From NCBI GenBank assembly GCA_965220085.1, contig CBDCOZ010000003.1:864001-928000 (forward strand): a DNA stretch of 64,000 nucleotides, read 5' to 3'. A model generated the notes under the pieces. The model was not told where the DNA came from. It searched no databases and saw only the letters and a program-made list of their open reading frames with translations. This stretch comes from Candidatus Oxydemutatoraceae bacterium. GTDB lineage: Bacteria > Pseudomonadota > Gammaproteobacteria > Poriferisulfidales > Oxydemutatoraceae. This document shows positions 31,551 through 40,822 of this stretch, piece after piece; position 1 is the first letter of the stretch, and each line of letters begins with the position of its first letter. The position numbers and the translations under genes are program-made.

Positions 31551-32425
31551 TGCGGCAACAAAACGACATTTTCAAGTTCAAGGAAGCCGGGGTTCAGTCG
31601 CGGCTCGTTTTCATAGACATCGAGCCCGGCGCCGCGAATGACGCCGGTTTTTAACGCCGTAATCAAAGCATCGTTGTTTATGACATCGCCGCGCGCGGTA
31701 TTAATCAGATACGCGCCGGCTTTCATACAAGCGAGCTGCGGTTCGCCGATCAAATGGTATGTTTCCTTGCCGCCGGGACAATGGATAGAAACAAAGTCCG
31801 ATGTCTGTAACAACTCTTCCAGCCTATCGCAACGCTTTGCGTCGACCGCTTTCACCGCATCCTCCGGAACATCATAGGGGTTATAGAACGCAATATTCAT
31901 GTCAAAGCCGAAGCGCGCTTTGCGCGCCATTGCGTATGCAATCCGTCCGAAGCCTATCAACCCCAGCGTTTTCCCCGTAACTTTGGTACCGACCATATGG
32001 GTAGGGCGCCAACCCGTCCATTCGCCGTTGCGCAGATGACGTTCTCCTTCGCCCGCGCGGCGCGCGATCATCATCATCAACGTCATCGCGATATCGGCGG
32101 TGCAGTCGGTCAACACTTCGGGCGTATTCGTGACGACGAGCTCGGCCTTCTTAGCCGCGTCCAGATCGATGTGATTGAAGCCGACGCCGAAGTTGCCGAG
32201 GAAGCGGCAACGCATGTTATCGATGCCGAGTGTTTCGGCATCTATCGGATCGGTCACAGTAGGGAGCACGCAATCCGCTTCCCGCAACGCGGCTTGCAAT
32301 TCCTCCTTTGTCATAGGGCGGTCGGCCGTATTTAAAGACACATCGCCGCACATCTCCCGCAGTTCTTTTTCCACCGTCTCCGGCCACTTGCGCGTGACGA
32401 TGATGCGTTGTTCGTTTTTGCTCAT
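31445..32425 (-). CDS. D-2-hydroxyacid dehydrogenase (glyoxylate/hydroxypyruvate reductase)
   Basis: GVGFNHID, NTP.VLT..TAD, G.IGFGRI, INTARG, GLDVYE.EP, LPHLGSA; last gene of the serine-cycle cluster. Confidence 0.93.
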   Translation of the reverse strand: MSKNEQRIIVTRKWPETVEKELREMCGDVSLNTADRPMTKEELQAALREADCVLPTVTDPIDAETLGIDNMRCRFLGNFGVGFNHIDLDAAKKAELVVTNTPEVLTDCTADIAMTLMMMIARRAGEGERHLRNGEWTGWRPTHMVGTKVTGKTLGLIGFGRIAYAMARKARFGFDMNIAFYNPYDVPEDAVKAVDAKRCDRLEELLQTSDFVSIHCPGGKETYHLIGEPQLACMKAGAYLINTARGDVINNDALITALKTGVIRGAGLDVYENEPRLNPGFLELENVVLLPHLGSASEETRIAMGRRALENLRAWLDGKPPADRVA

Positions 32426-32447
32426 AAGATATATCCCCGTTTTGATT

Positions 32448-33335
32448 TTATAGTTTTCCAAGCGCTTGCGCCATCGTTGAGCCGAGCTCCGATGGCGTCG
32501 CGGCTATCGTCACACCGGCATCCTTGAGTATTTCCGCTTTCTCGGCGGCGCTTTCGCCTTTGCCGCTGACAATCGCTCCGGCGTGTCCCATACGGCGTCC
32601 TTTGGGCGCCGTTAATCCGGCGATATAACTGACCACCGGTTTTTCCATATGTTGCTTTATGAACTCGGCCGCTTCGGCTTCTTGAGGGCCTCCGATCTCG
32701 CCGATCATCATCACCGCTTTGGTTTCGGAATCGCCTTCAAATAACTCGAGTATATCGCGGTGGGAGCTGCCGTTAATCGGGTCTCCGCCGATGCCGACGC
32801 TGGTTGTAATACCGATGCCGGCGTCTTTCATCTGCGATGCCGCTTCGTAGCCGAGTGTCCCCGATCGGGCGACTACCCCGACATCGCCGGGCATATAGAT
32901 GTGCCCCGGCATAATCCCGAGCATCGCCTTGCCGGGGCTGATTGTGCCGGCGCAGTTCGGCCCGGTCAATACCATCTTATTCTCCCGCTTATAGCGCCGC
33001 ATAAAGCGTTTCACACGCATCATATCGAGCGCCGGAATGCCGTCGGTGATAGAAACACAATAAGAAATCCCGGCATCGGCGGCTTCCATAATGGAGTCGC
33101 CCGCGGCGGGCGGCGGGACGAAGACGATGCTCGCCTCCGCGCCGGTGCGCTCAATGGCTTCCTTGACGGTATTAAATACCGGCTTGCCAAGATGCGTCAT
33201 GCCGCCTTTGCCCGGCGTGACGCCGCCGACGATATTGGTGCCATACTCTATCATCTCTTGCGCATGGAAAGTGCCGATGCGTCCGGTGAACCCTTGGACG
33301 ATAACTTTGGTTTTTTCGTTTAATAAAATTGCCAT
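32448..33335 (-). CDS. mtkB: Malate--CoA ligase alpha subunit (SucD-like)
   Basis: VQGFTG, GVTPGKGG, GPNCAG, SGTLGYE, RRMGHAGA; context next to mcl and sga favours Mtk over Suc. Confidence 0.8.
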   Translation of the reverse strand: MAILLNEKTKVIVQGFTGRIGTFHAQEMIEYGTNIVGGVTPGKGGMTHLGKPVFNTVKEAIERTGAEASIVFVPPPAAGDSIMEAADAGISYCVSITDGIPALDMMRVKRFMRRYKRENKMVLTGPNCAGTISPGKAMLGIMPGHIYMPGDVGVVARSGTLGYEAASQMKDAGIGITTSVGIGGDPINGSSHRDILELFEGDSETKAVMMIGEIGGPQEAEAAEFIKQHMEKPVVSYIAGLTAPKGRRMGHAGAIVSGKGESAAEKAEILKDAGVTIAATPSELGSTMAQALGKL

Positions 33336-33362
33336 AATGTCTGCCTGTCTGCTTGCTTGGGT

Positions 33363-34529
33363 TTATTTCTGTGCTAAGGCGACCACCTGTTCGGCGGCCT
33401 CGCCGAGGGTGTTTGCCGAGACGATGGGCAGGTCGCTTTCTTCAAGCATCTTGCGGCCTTCTTCCACATTGGTGCCGGAGAGCCTGACGACCAGCGGCAC
33501 TTTCAAGTCCAGCGAGCGCACCGCTTTGATCACCCCTTCGGCAATCCAGTCGCAGCGGTTGATGCCCGCATAGATATTCACCAGCATCGCCTTCACGTTG
33601 CTGTCTTCCAGCACGAGCTCAAACGCTTTTGCCACCCTTTCGGGCGATGCGCCGCCGCCGATATCCAGGAAGTTAGCCGGATCGCCGCCGGCGTGTTTGA
33701 TCATGTCCATCGTCGCCATCGCCAGTCCGGCGCCGTTGATCATGCAACCGATATTTCCGTCCAAGCCGACATAACTCAGGTCGTGATCGGAGGCCCGTGT
33801 CTCGCGCGGGTCTTCTTGCGACTTGTCGCGCATTTCGGCGATGTTCGGATGCTTATACAATGCGTTGTCATCGACTTGAATTTTCCCGTCCAAAGCGATC
33901 AGCGCATCTTCTTGTTTGGTAATCACAAGCGGATTGATCTCAACCAGACTGGCGTCCGAGTCAATCAATACCCGATAGCAACCGATAAAGGCGCGCATCG
34001 CATCTTTGATCAGATGGTTTGGGATATTGAGCCGGAAGGCCAACTCGCGCGCCTGAAAATCTTGCAGTTCAACCGCCGGGTCAATCGGTATGCGGATGAC
34101 GGACTCGGGGCAGGTTGCCGCAACTTCTTCAATCGCCATGCCGCCCTCGGAAGATGCGACGACCGTGATCTGCTCGCTGGCCCGATCCAGCACCATCGCA
34201 AGATATATCTCGCGCCCGATGTCGGTGCCGGCCTCTACATATACTTTCTCAACGATCTTGCCTTGCGGGCCGGTTTGAACCGTGACCAGTCTGGTTCCGA
34301 TCAACTCATTGGTCGCTTTTGCGATTTCTTCTTCGTTGGCGCACACCTTGACCCCTCCGGCTTTGCCTCTCGCGCCGGAGTGTACCTGCGCTTTGACAAC
34401 GCAGGTCGGGGTGCCGATTTCGTTGTAATAACGAACCGCTTGGTCGGGGCTGTACGCGAGCTTGCCGGGGCTGATATTGATGCCGTAGTTGCTCAGTATC
34501 TCTTTGGCCTGATACTCATGAATATCCAT
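33363..34529 (-). CDS. mtkA: Malate--CoA ligase beta subunit (SucC-like)
   Basis: MDIHEYQAK, KAQVHSGARGKAGG, RDKSQEDPRE, NGAGLAMATMD, AGINRCDW. Confidence 0.85.
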   Translation of the reverse strand: MDIHEYQAKEILSNYGINISPGKLAYSPDQAVRYYNEIGTPTCVVKAQVHSGARGKAGGVKVCANEEEIAKATNELIGTRLVTVQTGPQGKIVEKVYVEAGTDIGREIYLAMVLDRASEQITVVASSEGGMAIEEVAATCPESVIRIPIDPAVELQDFQARELAFRLNIPNHLIKDAMRAFIGCYRVLIDSDASLVEINPLVITKQEDALIALDGKIQVDDNALYKHPNIAEMRDKSQEDPRETRASDHDLSYVGLDGNIGCMINGAGLAMATMDMIKHAGGDPANFLDIGGGASPERVAKAFELVLEDSNVKAMLVNIYAGINRCDWIAEGVIKAVRSLDLKVPLVVRLSGTNVEEGRKMLEESDLPIVSANTLGEAAEQVVALAQK

Positions 34530-34551
34530 CTGTCTCCCTCCGTAACAGTGT

Positions 34552-35502
34552 TCAGGACTTCTTGCGCGCGTCGATCGCCTCGGCGATACGGACGATGTTT
34601 TGTGCCATCCTGGCCGATGCGGCATCGATCATCTTGCCATCCAAAGACGCGGCGCCGCGATTTTCACGCGCCGCCTTATCCAACTCCGCAAGAATCCGCT
34701 TGGCTTTTGCGGTTTCCTCGGCTGGCGGCGAAAACACCTCGTTTGCGAGCGCAATCTGCGCCGGATGAATCGCCCATTTCCCCTCGATGCCGAGCGTGGC
34801 CGCGCGCTTCGCCGAAAGCGTATATCCTTCCGCGTCCCTGAAATCGCCGAACGGCCCGTCGATCGGGCGCAAACCATAGGCGCGACAGGCGACTGTCATG
34901 CGTGTGAGCGCCGCATGCCACTGGTCGCCCGGATAATCCGGGTTCAAGCCGCCGATGCCGGTGGTACGGGCGCGATTGCTCGCGGCATAATCGGCGACCC
35001 CGAAGTGCAACGCTTCAAGGCGCGACTTTGAACACATCGCGATCTGTTCCGCGTTGGCCATGCCCAGCGCGGTTTCGATCAGCGCTTCAAGCCCGATGCG
35101 GTGTTTGATCTTGCAGGACTCCTCGATTTGCGCGACCATCACTTCCACCGCATAGATATCGGCGGGGACGCCGACTTTCGGAATCAAAATGGTATTGAGG
35201 TGCCGCCCCGCTTGTTCGACGACATCCACGACATCGCGATACATATAGTGGGTATCCAAGCCGTTGATGCGCACCGAAACGGTCTTGCCGGCGCCTTTCC
35301 AATCAAGGCTGTTCAGCGCTTCGATGATGTTTTTACGCGCTTGCAGTTTGTTATCCGGCGCGACGGCATCTTCAAGGTCAAGGAAAACGTAATCGGCATC
35401 GCAAACGAGCGCTTTCTCGATCATACTCGGGCTGGAGCCGGGCACGGCCAACTCGCTGCGCTGAAGGCGATGGGTCGCCGGTTCAAATTGTGTGTAACTC
35501 AT
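34552..35502 (-). CDS. mcl: Malyl-CoA lyase
   Basis: RLQRSELAVPGS, DLEDAV, RINGLDTHYMYRDV, HFGVADYAAS, GKWAIHP. Confidence 0.9.
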   Translation of the reverse strand: MSYTQFEPATHRLQRSELAVPGSSPSMIEKALVCDADYVFLDLEDAVAPDNKLQARKNIIEALNSLDWKGAGKTVSVRINGLDTHYMYRDVVDVVEQAGRHLNTILIPKVGVPADIYAVEVMVAQIEESCKIKHRIGLEALIETALGMANAEQIAMCSKSRLEALHFGVADYAASNRARTTGIGGLNPDYPGDQWHAALTRMTVACRAYGLRPIDGPFGDFRDAEGYTLSAKRAATLGIEGKWAIHPAQIALANEVFSPPAEETAKAKRILAELDKAARENRGAASLDGKMIDAASARMAQNIVRIAEAIDARKKS

Positions 35503-35519
35503 GTTCTTATGCCTGCCTG

Positions 35520-36776
35520 TTAACGACGAACGATAGCCGACTTTTTGCCGCTTGCTTTTTTCTTTGCCGCTTTCGGTTTCTCGGTCGTCAGTTTGATTTT
35601 CAGCGGCGCCGCGGTTTGCCGGAAGTGCTCGGCTGCCGCCCCGACGCCTTTGCCCATGGCAATCGGCACACCCGCATCGCGCAAAGCCATCTCAGTACCC
35701 GCCAATGCGGCCAGAATAGATGTCTCGTTGTGGTCGCCCAAGTGTCCGATTCTAAAGGCTTTGCCCGCCAGTACGGACAGGCCCGCGCCCAAGGAGATAT
35801 TGTAGCGATGGTAAGCGATGTTGATGACATCGCGCGCATCGCACCCCTTGGGCACATAGATCGCGCTGACGGTATCCGAGCAGAACTTCGGCGCCGCCGC
35901 AACCAGCTTCAACTTCCACGCTTTGACCGCGCAACGAACGCCCTCGGCCAAGCGATGATGGCGTTTGAATATATTTGCCAGACCTTCCTCTTCCAGAATA
36001 ATTTCCAGCGATCGCTTGAGACCGTACAAAAGCGGTATTGAAGGAGTGTAAGGGAAGAAGCCGTCGGCGTTGGCATTGATGTGGTCTTGTATGTCAAGGA
36101 AGCAACGGGCGCATTTTGCTCGCTGGCGCGCCCGCAGAGCCTTGGCGCTAAAACCCAACAACGCCATGCCCGCCGGCAACATAAAGCCTTTTTGCGATCC
36201 GCTGACGACAACATCGACCTTCCACGCATCCATATTGAAATCAATGCTGGCGACAGAGCTGACCCCGTCAACATAAAGCATCGCCGGATGCTTCGCCTGA
36301 TCCATCGCTTTGCGCAAGCCGGCGATGTCGCTGGTTACGCCGGTCGCGGTTTCATTGTGGCATACCACAACCCCTTTGATTTCATGCTTTTTGTCCTCCG
36401 CAAGCCGTTTCTTAAACTGCGCGACCGGCGCGCCCTCGCCCCACGGCACATCGATCGTTTCGACTTCAAGCCCGATGCGTGTCGCCAAGTCCCACCACAA
36501 GTGGCTGAACTGACCAAAGCGCGAGGTCAGGATTTTGTCGCCGGGCGACAGCGTGTTGGCAAGCGCGACTTCCCACCCGGCGGTGCCGGTTGCCGGAAAG
36601 ATAAACGACCGACCGCTTTTGGTCTTGAAAACCTTGTTTAAATTTTTGAACAAAGGCTTGGTCAGTTTATGGAAGTCGGGACGACGATGGTCCTCTTGAG
36701 GCACATTCATCGCGTTTTGGATGCTTGCCGGGACATTCGTCGGTCCCGGCACGAAAAGAAAGTTACGTCCTGGCAT
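35520..36776 (-). CDS. sgaA: Serine--glyoxylate aminotransferase
   Basis: GRNFLFVPGPTN, HNETATGV, DGVSS, SGSQKG, PYTP, FRIGHLG. Confidence 0.9.
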   Translation of the reverse strand: MPGRNFLFVPGPTNVPASIQNAMNVPQEDHRRPDFHKLTKPLFKNLNKVFKTKSGRSFIFPATGTAGWEVALANTLSPGDKILTSRFGQFSHLWWDLATRIGLEVETIDVPWGEGAPVAQFKKRLAEDKKHEIKGVVVCHNETATGVTSDIAGLRKAMDQAKHPAMLYVDGVSSVASIDFNMDAWKVDVVVSGSQKGFMLPAGMALLGFSAKALRARQRAKCARCFLDIQDHINANADGFFPYTPSIPLLYGLKRSLEIILEEEGLANIFKRHHRLAEGVRCAVKAWKLKLVAAAPKFCSDTVSAIYVPKGCDARDVINIAYHRYNISLGAGLSVLAGKAFRIGHLGDHNETSILAALAGTEMALRDAGVPIAMGKGVGAAAEHFRQTAAPLKIKLTTEKPKAAKKKASGKKSAIVRR

Positions 36777-36948
36777 AGTCTTTACCCTTAATAAAATTGT
36801 TGATTGTTAAATACGTATTTTGTTCTTGCTATGAAGCGCAAATCGGGTCTGATTTGCAACAAGCGCCATATTATACCCGTTTGCTCCCGTTGCGCCAAAG
36901 TATGTGTTTTGGCGGCAACCGACCCGCAAAGGGAGCGTGTGGCGGGCG

Positions 36949-38223
36949 TTATCGCAACGGGCCTTCCAGGAAGAGGCGCAGCCGCAAGCGCAAGCTGCTG
37001 GGCACAACACGGGCGGCGGCGGAGCAGAGCATCTCGCTGACCGGCATCGCGTGGCTGTCCATGAAACTTACGCAGACCCTTATGTATTGTCCCACCTGTG
37101 CCCGGCCGGGGGTGAATATGGATACGTTGGTGGTGGCGGTGGCGCCGGGGATGGCGGAGTAGTCGCCGTCCTTTGGCGCGCCGGAAGCCGGGGCGGCGGC
37201 CTGTTGCCATTGCCACCTCAGGGTAGTTCGGTCTATGCCGTTGGGTTCGGTTATGCCTGCTGTGACGGTAGACAGCCGGGTTCCCTCGGCGTAGGTCGGG
37301 TTCTGGTCGGTGATGGCCGGGGCTATGGAGGGGCCGCCAGTGGCAGCGACTTGGGCCTCTGCTACCAGACGAATGTTGATAGCCGCCGCCTGGGCGCTGG
37401 TTTTGTTGTCGGTGCCATCGCTGCCATCGTCCACCACATGGAAGTTGAAAGAAGTATAAGTGTCGTCAGGGTCGTCAGGGTCGCTGGGATCCTGGCCCGG
37501 TACCGGGTAATAGGTCAGTTCACCAGCGGCCAGTTGGGCCACAGTTATTTCCATTGTGGGAGCATCGGCGGTAGTCAGGGGTGTGCCATCCAAGGCTATG
37601 GTGCCGCGGAATGGCACGGATTGCACGATGACAGCAGCCAGCATATCTCCATCGGCGGCATCGGTAAACGGAAAGTCGGTTGCCTTAAATATGTATGGAT
37701 TGGCGGCATTGGCGTTGACATTCACCGTGAGCGGATTTGTGAGCAAACTTACTGCCTCTGGCTTGTCATTGATGTTGGCCACAGCGGTGGCTATCTGCAG
37801 GCATCGCATCTCCGAGTTGGGGGTGGCGGCCATATCCATGAACGATGCGCAGACCTGCAGAAACTTGCCCACCTCATCATCGCCCGGAGTGAAAGCGGCA
37901 TTGGTCGCATCGGTGATGTCGGTGTAAGTACCGCCATTGGTGTCGGCCGCGCTCCACTGCCAACTGAAAGTGCCCAGGCCATCGGCATCGTCTATGGCGG
38001 TGTTCCCGCTGCCGCCGTTGGCGGTGATGACGGAGTCTTCAGTGGGAACGTTTATGCCGCTGGCGTAGGTAACCCCCGGCATGCCGGTGGCATTGCTCTG
38101 CGCTTGAGCCTGAGCGGATACGATGAAAAGCGCGAGCAACAAGAGCGACCGGAGGCCGCACCCGCTTAACTCAATGCGGAGGGGGGGGGGGGGGGGGGGG
38201 GGGGGGAACTTAGGCACGAACAT
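36949..38223 (-). CDS. Secreted modular Ig/cadherin-like protein (adhesin-like 1; A-B-A) ending LRLRLRLFLEGPLR
   Basis: Poly-Pro leader plus signal peptide (AQAQAQ); Cys-paired WQW...FTP...VG.FL.VC.SF.D modules and an N.NDxP...D.DGD...YYP module; conserved C-terminal tag. Confidence 0.85.
   Translation of the reverse strand: MFVPKFPPPPPPPPLRIELSGCGLRSLLLLALFIVSAQAQAQSNATGMPGVTYASGINVPTEDSVITANGGSGNTAIDDADGLGTFSWQWSAADTNGGTYTDITDATNAAFTPGDDEVGKFLQVCASFMDMAATPNSEMRCLQIATAVANINDKPEAVSLLTNPLTVNVNANAANPYIFKATDFPFTDAADGDMLAAVIVQSVPFRGTIALDGTPLTTADAPTMEITVAQLAAGELTYYPVPGQDPSDPDDPDDTYTSFNFHVVDDGSDGTDNKTSAQAAAINIRLVAEAQVAATGGPSIAPAITDQNPTYAEGTRLSTVTAGITEPNGIDRTTLRWQWQQAAAPASGAPKDGDYSAIPGATATTNVSIFTPGRAQVGQYIRVCVSFMDSHAMPVSEMLCSAAARVVPSSLRLRLRLFLEGPLR
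38181..38206. repeat. G26 homopolymer (poly-C on the coding strand) in codons 6-15 of adhesin-like 1
   Basis: Counted directly; the frame is open as assembled. Confidence 0.9.
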
Positions 38224-38269
38224 TATCAAATACTCTCATGAAGCGCATTATCAAGTGCGGGTTTTATGA

Positions 38270-39244
38270 TCACTTCTCGGCGGCGGGCATTGCCAGACAT
38301 TTGCGCACCGACTGTTCGACTTTCAAGGTGGGCTGCCAGCCGAGCATGCGTTGCGCTTTGCCGACATCGGGGATGCGCACCCGCACATCGTCGTCGTACG
38401 ATTTGGTCGTCGCAAATTGCAACGGCGGCGTGTTGTCGGGAAGCAGTTTGAGGTCTATGGCGGTCTCGTGAATCAGGTTTGCCAATTGTTTCATGCTGAT
38501 CGGTTGCGGGTTGCCGAGGTTAAATGTGCCGTTTTGCGCCGTTTCGGCAAACGAGTGTTGCGCGATTCCCCGCGCCACATCGCCGATCCATGTGAAGCAA
38601 CGAATTTGTTCGCCGTCTCCGATCAGCGGCAGCGTCGGCTGCTTGTCCGTGACGATGGCCTTGATGAAGTCGGCGAACACATGGCTGATGCCTTGCTCGT
38701 CTTCGCCTTTTTCATGCGGCGTGATGATATTGAACGGACGCCAGATGTAATATTTCATGTCGTATTGTTTGGCAAACGCGCGCGCCAAGCGTTCGCCGGT
38801 GAGTTTGCTCAAGCCGTATTCGGTCGCCGGAATTAACGACTCATCGGCATCTTCCTCCTTGCTGGGATGGGTTTGGCAACGCTCATAAACCATGGAAGAA
38901 CTGATATATGCGATGTGCCGGACTTGCTTGCGATGCATTGCCCACAGTATGTTTTGCATCAGGGTGATATCTTTGGCCAAGATGTCCGCCGGATATTTGT
39001 GGAACCCTCCGACGCCATAAATGAGCGCGGCGGCTTGCACTACGCCGTCGACATCACACATCAATTCGTCGCAAAACCCGGCGTCGGTCAAATCGCCGCA
39101 AATGAATTCGTAGTCGCGCGCGCGATCAATTTTTCCGTAGCGGGCAAAATTATCGACGCCCTTGATGTCGTGGCCTTGTTGTTGCAGCAACGGTATCACC
39201 CATTGCATCAGGGACCCTTCGCTGCCCGTAACCAGTAGCTTCAT
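38270..39244 (-). CDS. NAD-dependent nucleotide-sugar epimerase/dehydratase
   Basis: LLVTGSEG, ISSSMVYE, YGLSK, RPFN, GDGEQIRCFT. Confidence 0.9.
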   Translation of the reverse strand: MKLLVTGSEGSLMQWVIPLLQQQGHDIKGVDNFARYGKIDRARDYEFICGDLTDAGFCDELMCDVDGVVQAAALIYGVGGFHKYPADILAKDITLMQNILWAMHRKQVRHIAYISSSMVYERCQTHPSKEEDADESLIPATEYGLSKLTGERLARAFAKQYDMKYYIWRPFNIITPHEKGEDEQGISHVFADFIKAIVTDKQPTLPLIGDGEQIRCFTWIGDVARGIAQHSFAETAQNGTFNLGNPQPISMKQLANLIHETAIDLKLLPDNTPPLQFATTKSYDDDVRVRIPDVGKAQRMLGWQPTLKVEQSVRKCLAMPAAEK

Positions 39245-39280
39245 CGTTTTCCTCCGTGTTGTGAGAACATAGGCGCAAGC

Positions 39281-40081
39281 TCAGACCGTTGTCTCATAGC
39301 GGTCGTTGTCTTCCAGAATCGCCTTGAACAGTCGCGCATCAAGGCCCAGCCTTTCGCACAGCTTTGCCAGAGCGACGGTATCTTTGGGCAGGCAGGCGCC
39401 GCCGAATCCGCGCAGGTTCTCGTTGCAATCCAGATATTTGTCAAAGATGTGGTTGCGCCGCACCATCGCGTCTTTGATAACGGAGTAGTTGATATCAAGT
39501 TGCCGGCAGATCTCATAGAAATTATTGGCAAAGGTAATTAACATCGCGTTGTATGCATTGTTGAAGTATTTCGCCAGTTCCGCTTCGGTCGGGCTCATGC
39601 GGCAAAACGCATGCGGGAAATGTCCGTGCGATGCCTTGATCAATTCATAGTCTTCGTCGGAGTCGGTGCCGATGATGCAGAGGTCGTGATTGTCGGTGAA
39701 ATCGGCGATGGCGACGCGCTCGCGCAAGAACTCGGGCACATGGGCGATACGGGCTTGCGGGTATCGTTTTTGCAACTTGGCAACCGTGCCGGGTTCGATC
39801 GTAGACTTGATCACGATAACGCCCGGATAGTCGCGCTGGACCAAATCAGCGACAACGCTCTCGGTGATAGCGGTATCACAGGAGTTGTCGGCGGCGGGCG
39901 GAGTCGGCACGCATAAATATGCCAACTGTGTGTCCAGCACATCGTCTATCGTTGTGTCCAGCGCAATATCGTGCGCCTTGACGGTGTGCCCCAGCTTGCT
40001 CAGTCCGTGGCGCACTGCGCCGCCGACCACCCCGATGCCAATGATGCCGACCCGCATCGTTTGTTGTTGTTTCATTGCCAA
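39281..40081 (-). CDS. UDP-glucose/GDP-mannose dehydrogenase family protein (short form)
   Basis: GIIGIGVVG, CVPTP, IKST, PEFLRE, AELAKY..N, GFGGACLPKD; lacks the C-terminal domain. Confidence 0.85.
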   Translation of the reverse strand: MAMKQQQTMRVGIIGIGVVGGAVRHGLSKLGHTVKAHDIALDTTIDDVLDTQLAYLCVPTPPAADNSCDTAITESVVADLVQRDYPGVIVIKSTIEPGTVAKLQKRYPQARIAHVPEFLRERVAIADFTDNHDLCIIGTDSDEDYELIKASHGHFPHAFCRMSPTEAELAKYFNNAYNAMLITFANNFYEICRQLDINYSVIKDAMVRRNHIFDKYLDCNENLRGFGGACLPKDTVALAKLCERLGLDARLFKAILEDNDRYETTV

Positions 40082-40200
40082 TGCCTTTGGAGAATTAAGA
40101 TGTTCATGCGTAAGTATACCCTAGAATTCCCTAGGATTCGGATTCCAAGCAAAGAGCGACAGAACCCGGCAGCGGAAAGCGGAGCATTTTGAACGATGCT

Positions 40201-40719
40201 TTAGCGCGTATCGGCGGGGCAACCGCGGGCCAACTCAAGCAAGCCGACGATCGCTTGGTACTCGGCTTGGCTGCGCACCGCCTCTCTGTCGCCGCCGAAG
40301 CGAAACACCTCGGCAGCGACGGGCTTGCCGGCGATTGCCCACGCCAGCCAGACGGTGCCGACAGGCTTGTCGCTGCTGCCGCCGTCGGGGCCTGCGATAC
40401 CGCTGACAGCCACGCCGAGATCGGCGCCGGTTGCGGTCAGCACGCCTGTGACCATCTGTTTGACGACTGGCTCGCTGACAGCGCCGAACTCTTGCAAAGA
40501 GCGCTCGCTGACGCCCAGCAGTTCGTGTTTGATACGATTGGAGTATGAAATGACGCCGCCGACATACCACCGCGAGGAGCCGGCAACGCTGCTCAGCAAG
40601 CGTCCTATGCCGCCGCCGGTGCAAGATTCGGCGCTGGCAATACGCAACGATTTCCCTTCGGCCTCGTCGGCCAAAGAGCGAATAGCGGCTAATATCTCCG
40701 CAGTTTTCGGGTTCATCAT
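40201..40719 (-). CDS. pncC: CinA/PncC NMN deamidase
   Basis: AESCTGG, GSS, YSN..K, GAVSE, SGIAGPDGGS..KPVGTVW. Confidence 0.92.
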   Translation of the reverse strand: MMNPKTAEILAAIRSLADEAEGKSLRIASAESCTGGGIGRLLSSVAGSSRWYVGGVISYSNRIKHELLGVSERSLQEFGAVSEPVVKQMVTGVLTATGADLGVAVSGIAGPDGGSSDKPVGTVWLAWAIAGKPVAAEVFRFGGDREAVRSQAEYQAIVGLLELARGCPADTR

Positions 40720-40765
40720 GTGCGCCTCCCTATGTGGCCTCCCGGTCATGATATTACGCCACACT

Positions 40766-40793
40766 TTGACCCCAAGGGCAAAGTGTTTATAAT
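40766..40793 (+). promoter_or_regulatory. Putative sigma70 promoter of the rpsP operon
   Basis: TTGACC-16 bp-TATAAT, 30 bp upstream of rpsP. Confidence 0.6.
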
Positions 40794-40822
40794 GTGCCCT
40801 CATTTTTGATGAGGGCTTCTAC

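Noticed and set aside
30682-31654. Several 66-124-aa ORFs within the purA repeat array
   Set aside because: Chimeric read-throughs of duplicated gene ends with inconsistent frames between copies.
36904-38169. 421-aa plus-strand ORF and other long antisense ORFs (e.g. 12673-14208, 33693-34841, 49168-50262)
   Set aside because: Shadow ORFs opposite well-supported genes in GC-rich DNA, with no family motifs.
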